64,000 nt of DNA. It comes from Sporopachydermia quercuum. Taxonomy: Eukaryota. The DNA is taken from NCBI GenBank assembly GCA_001599295.1, contig BCGN01000009.1, forward strand, positions 496,001 to 560,000. The letters run 5' to 3'. The translations under genes were made by a program, and so were the position numbers. Shown here one piece after another: positions 62,665-64,000 of this stretch (positions are counted from its first letter, which is position 1; every line of letters starts with the position of its first letter). Below the pieces are notes generated by a model, which saw only the letters and a program-made list of their open reading frames with translations, was not told the DNA's origin and made no database searches.

Positions 62665-63582
62665 TCAGACATCATTTAAAGCAACACACACAACGCTCTT
62701 GGAATGGCCAGAATATTGCCGGACAATCTCGCTGTTATTCAAATCCCACAACCGTAGAAAATGATCAGACGACGCAGTGATTATATACGCAGAATCCGCA
62801 CTGAACGCACAGTCCCACACCCAACGCTCGTGCGACTGCAGTGAGTTCTCTAAATTGAAGTCATTCTCCGTAGACCATATACGACATGTATGGTCAGCTG
62901 AACAGGTAGCCAAATGGCGCACGTCACTCGATAACATGACTCTTGTAATGTATTTGGAATGGGCTCTCAGTCTGGTGGCAGGAAATAGAGATGTCGCATC
63001 CTTAGAATTAACCATTCTCCATATATAGCAGTTGCCTCTGTTGTTTCCAACGATTAGGATGCTGCCATCGCTGGCAACAGTCAGGGAATTAATAGGAACA
63101 TCGTCCTCCGGATCTGCTTTCACCGTGCAAACATTTTTGCTTAAATCCCATATTCTCACGTGTCCCGATTGGTCGCATGATATCAGCTCTCCTTGGTTTG
63201 GATGGATCACCACTTCGTTGACAGCACAGCCATGTTTATAGTTGCGCTGGGGTTTATTCGTTCGCACGTCCCAGACTTTCACCGTGCCGTCTTCTGACGA
63301 GCTCACCATCCACCTTCTGTCGGGTTCAAATGCTATAGATGTCACGTTGTCTGTATGGCCATCGAATTCAATTGTAGGGGTCGGCGAGGAGGACCGAATA
63401 TCATAAAAGCGGATTTTTGGGTTCCCGGCAGCGACAAGGTACTGTTTGTCGGAGGTGATTTCCAGTCTGTTTACTTGGGAGTCTTGATGCTGGATGTTTC
63501 TGGTGGAGACTCCCGATAGGGCGTCCCAGAATCTGATGGTTCTGTCGTAGGAGGCAGACGCCAGTATGACTGAGTTTGACAT
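62665..63582 (-). CDS. LST8: TOR complex WD40 subunit
   Basis: SVILASASYDRTIRFW, DSQVNRLEIT, HPNQGELISCD, WVWDCAFSADSAY and VCVALND. Confidence 0.97.
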   Translation of the reverse strand: MSNSVILASASYDRTIRFWDALSGVSTRNIQHQDSQVNRLEITSDKQYLVAAGNPKIRFYDIRSSSPTPTIEFDGHTDNVTSIAFEPDRRWMVSSSEDGTVKVWDVRTNKPQRNYKHGCAVNEVVIHPNQGELISCDQSGHVRIWDLSKNVCTVKADPEDDVPINSLTVASDGSILIVGNNRGNCYIWRMVNSKDATSLFPATRLRAHSKYITRVMLSSDVRHLATCSADHTCRIWSTENDFNLENSLQSHERWVWDCAFSADSAYIITASSDHFLRLWDLNNSEIVRQYSGHSKSVVCVALNDV

Positions 63583-64000
63583 TTCAAGAGTAATGAGCCG
63601 CTGGTAATTCTGGTGATGGTGCTAGAGGTACTGGTGACTAGAGGTGTTGACGTTTGATAGCCGTAGCTTGCAGGGATCAAGTAAAACTGCGTTGATGTGT
63701 TGATGCTGTGTTGAGCAATGGGAATTGCTATGTGCAAGAGCGACAGATAGAAGTATCACAGCAAACAGTTGATTAGCAATAATAGTAATAGTGGAAATGA
63801 GATTCGTTTGTAAAGGCTGGATGGAATATAAGGTTTGAATAGTCTGCATTTAATATGTATGATACTGTATCAATATGCAAGCGATAGAAGAGTATTTCTA
63901 CATGTGATTTTGTTCAATTTCGATGTAACTATTTACATGAAGAAGAAATAAAGAGAGGGATTGTTGATATTACAATGTAATAATAGTAGACAATGTATAA

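Overview
Nuclear DNA from an AT-rich budding yeast (Saccharomycotina). CTG occupies conserved Leu positions, so the standard code applies. About 36 isolated N bases suggest a heterozygous consensus. I can support about 27 protein-coding genes: a partial PSO2, KAP95, CAX4, a YLR345W-like gene, RPL26, GRH1, GID7, SNT309/SPF27, RPL11, PRE2, FHL1, ISR1, RPN8, COX10, MND2, YVH1, RAM2, GUA1, an RSO55/MTRFR-like gene, a SET-MYND gene, LST8 and several unknown ORFs. Eleven spliceosomal introns were reconstructed by hand, many with relaxed splice signals. The most unusual features are: (1) an intron built almost entirely from a (TGC)6(TAC)69 microsatellite, whose ends form the 5' splice site and branch point; (2) a near-perfect 137-bp inverted repeat with a degenerate inner stem, in a 2.8-kb gene-free gap; (3) the catalytic GGQ motif of a mitochondrial release-factor homologue confined to a 19-nt micro-exon; (4) three intergenic segments that look like structured ncRNAs but match no family I recognise. 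Gene names come from motifs I recognise and remembered yeast homologues, not from database searches.
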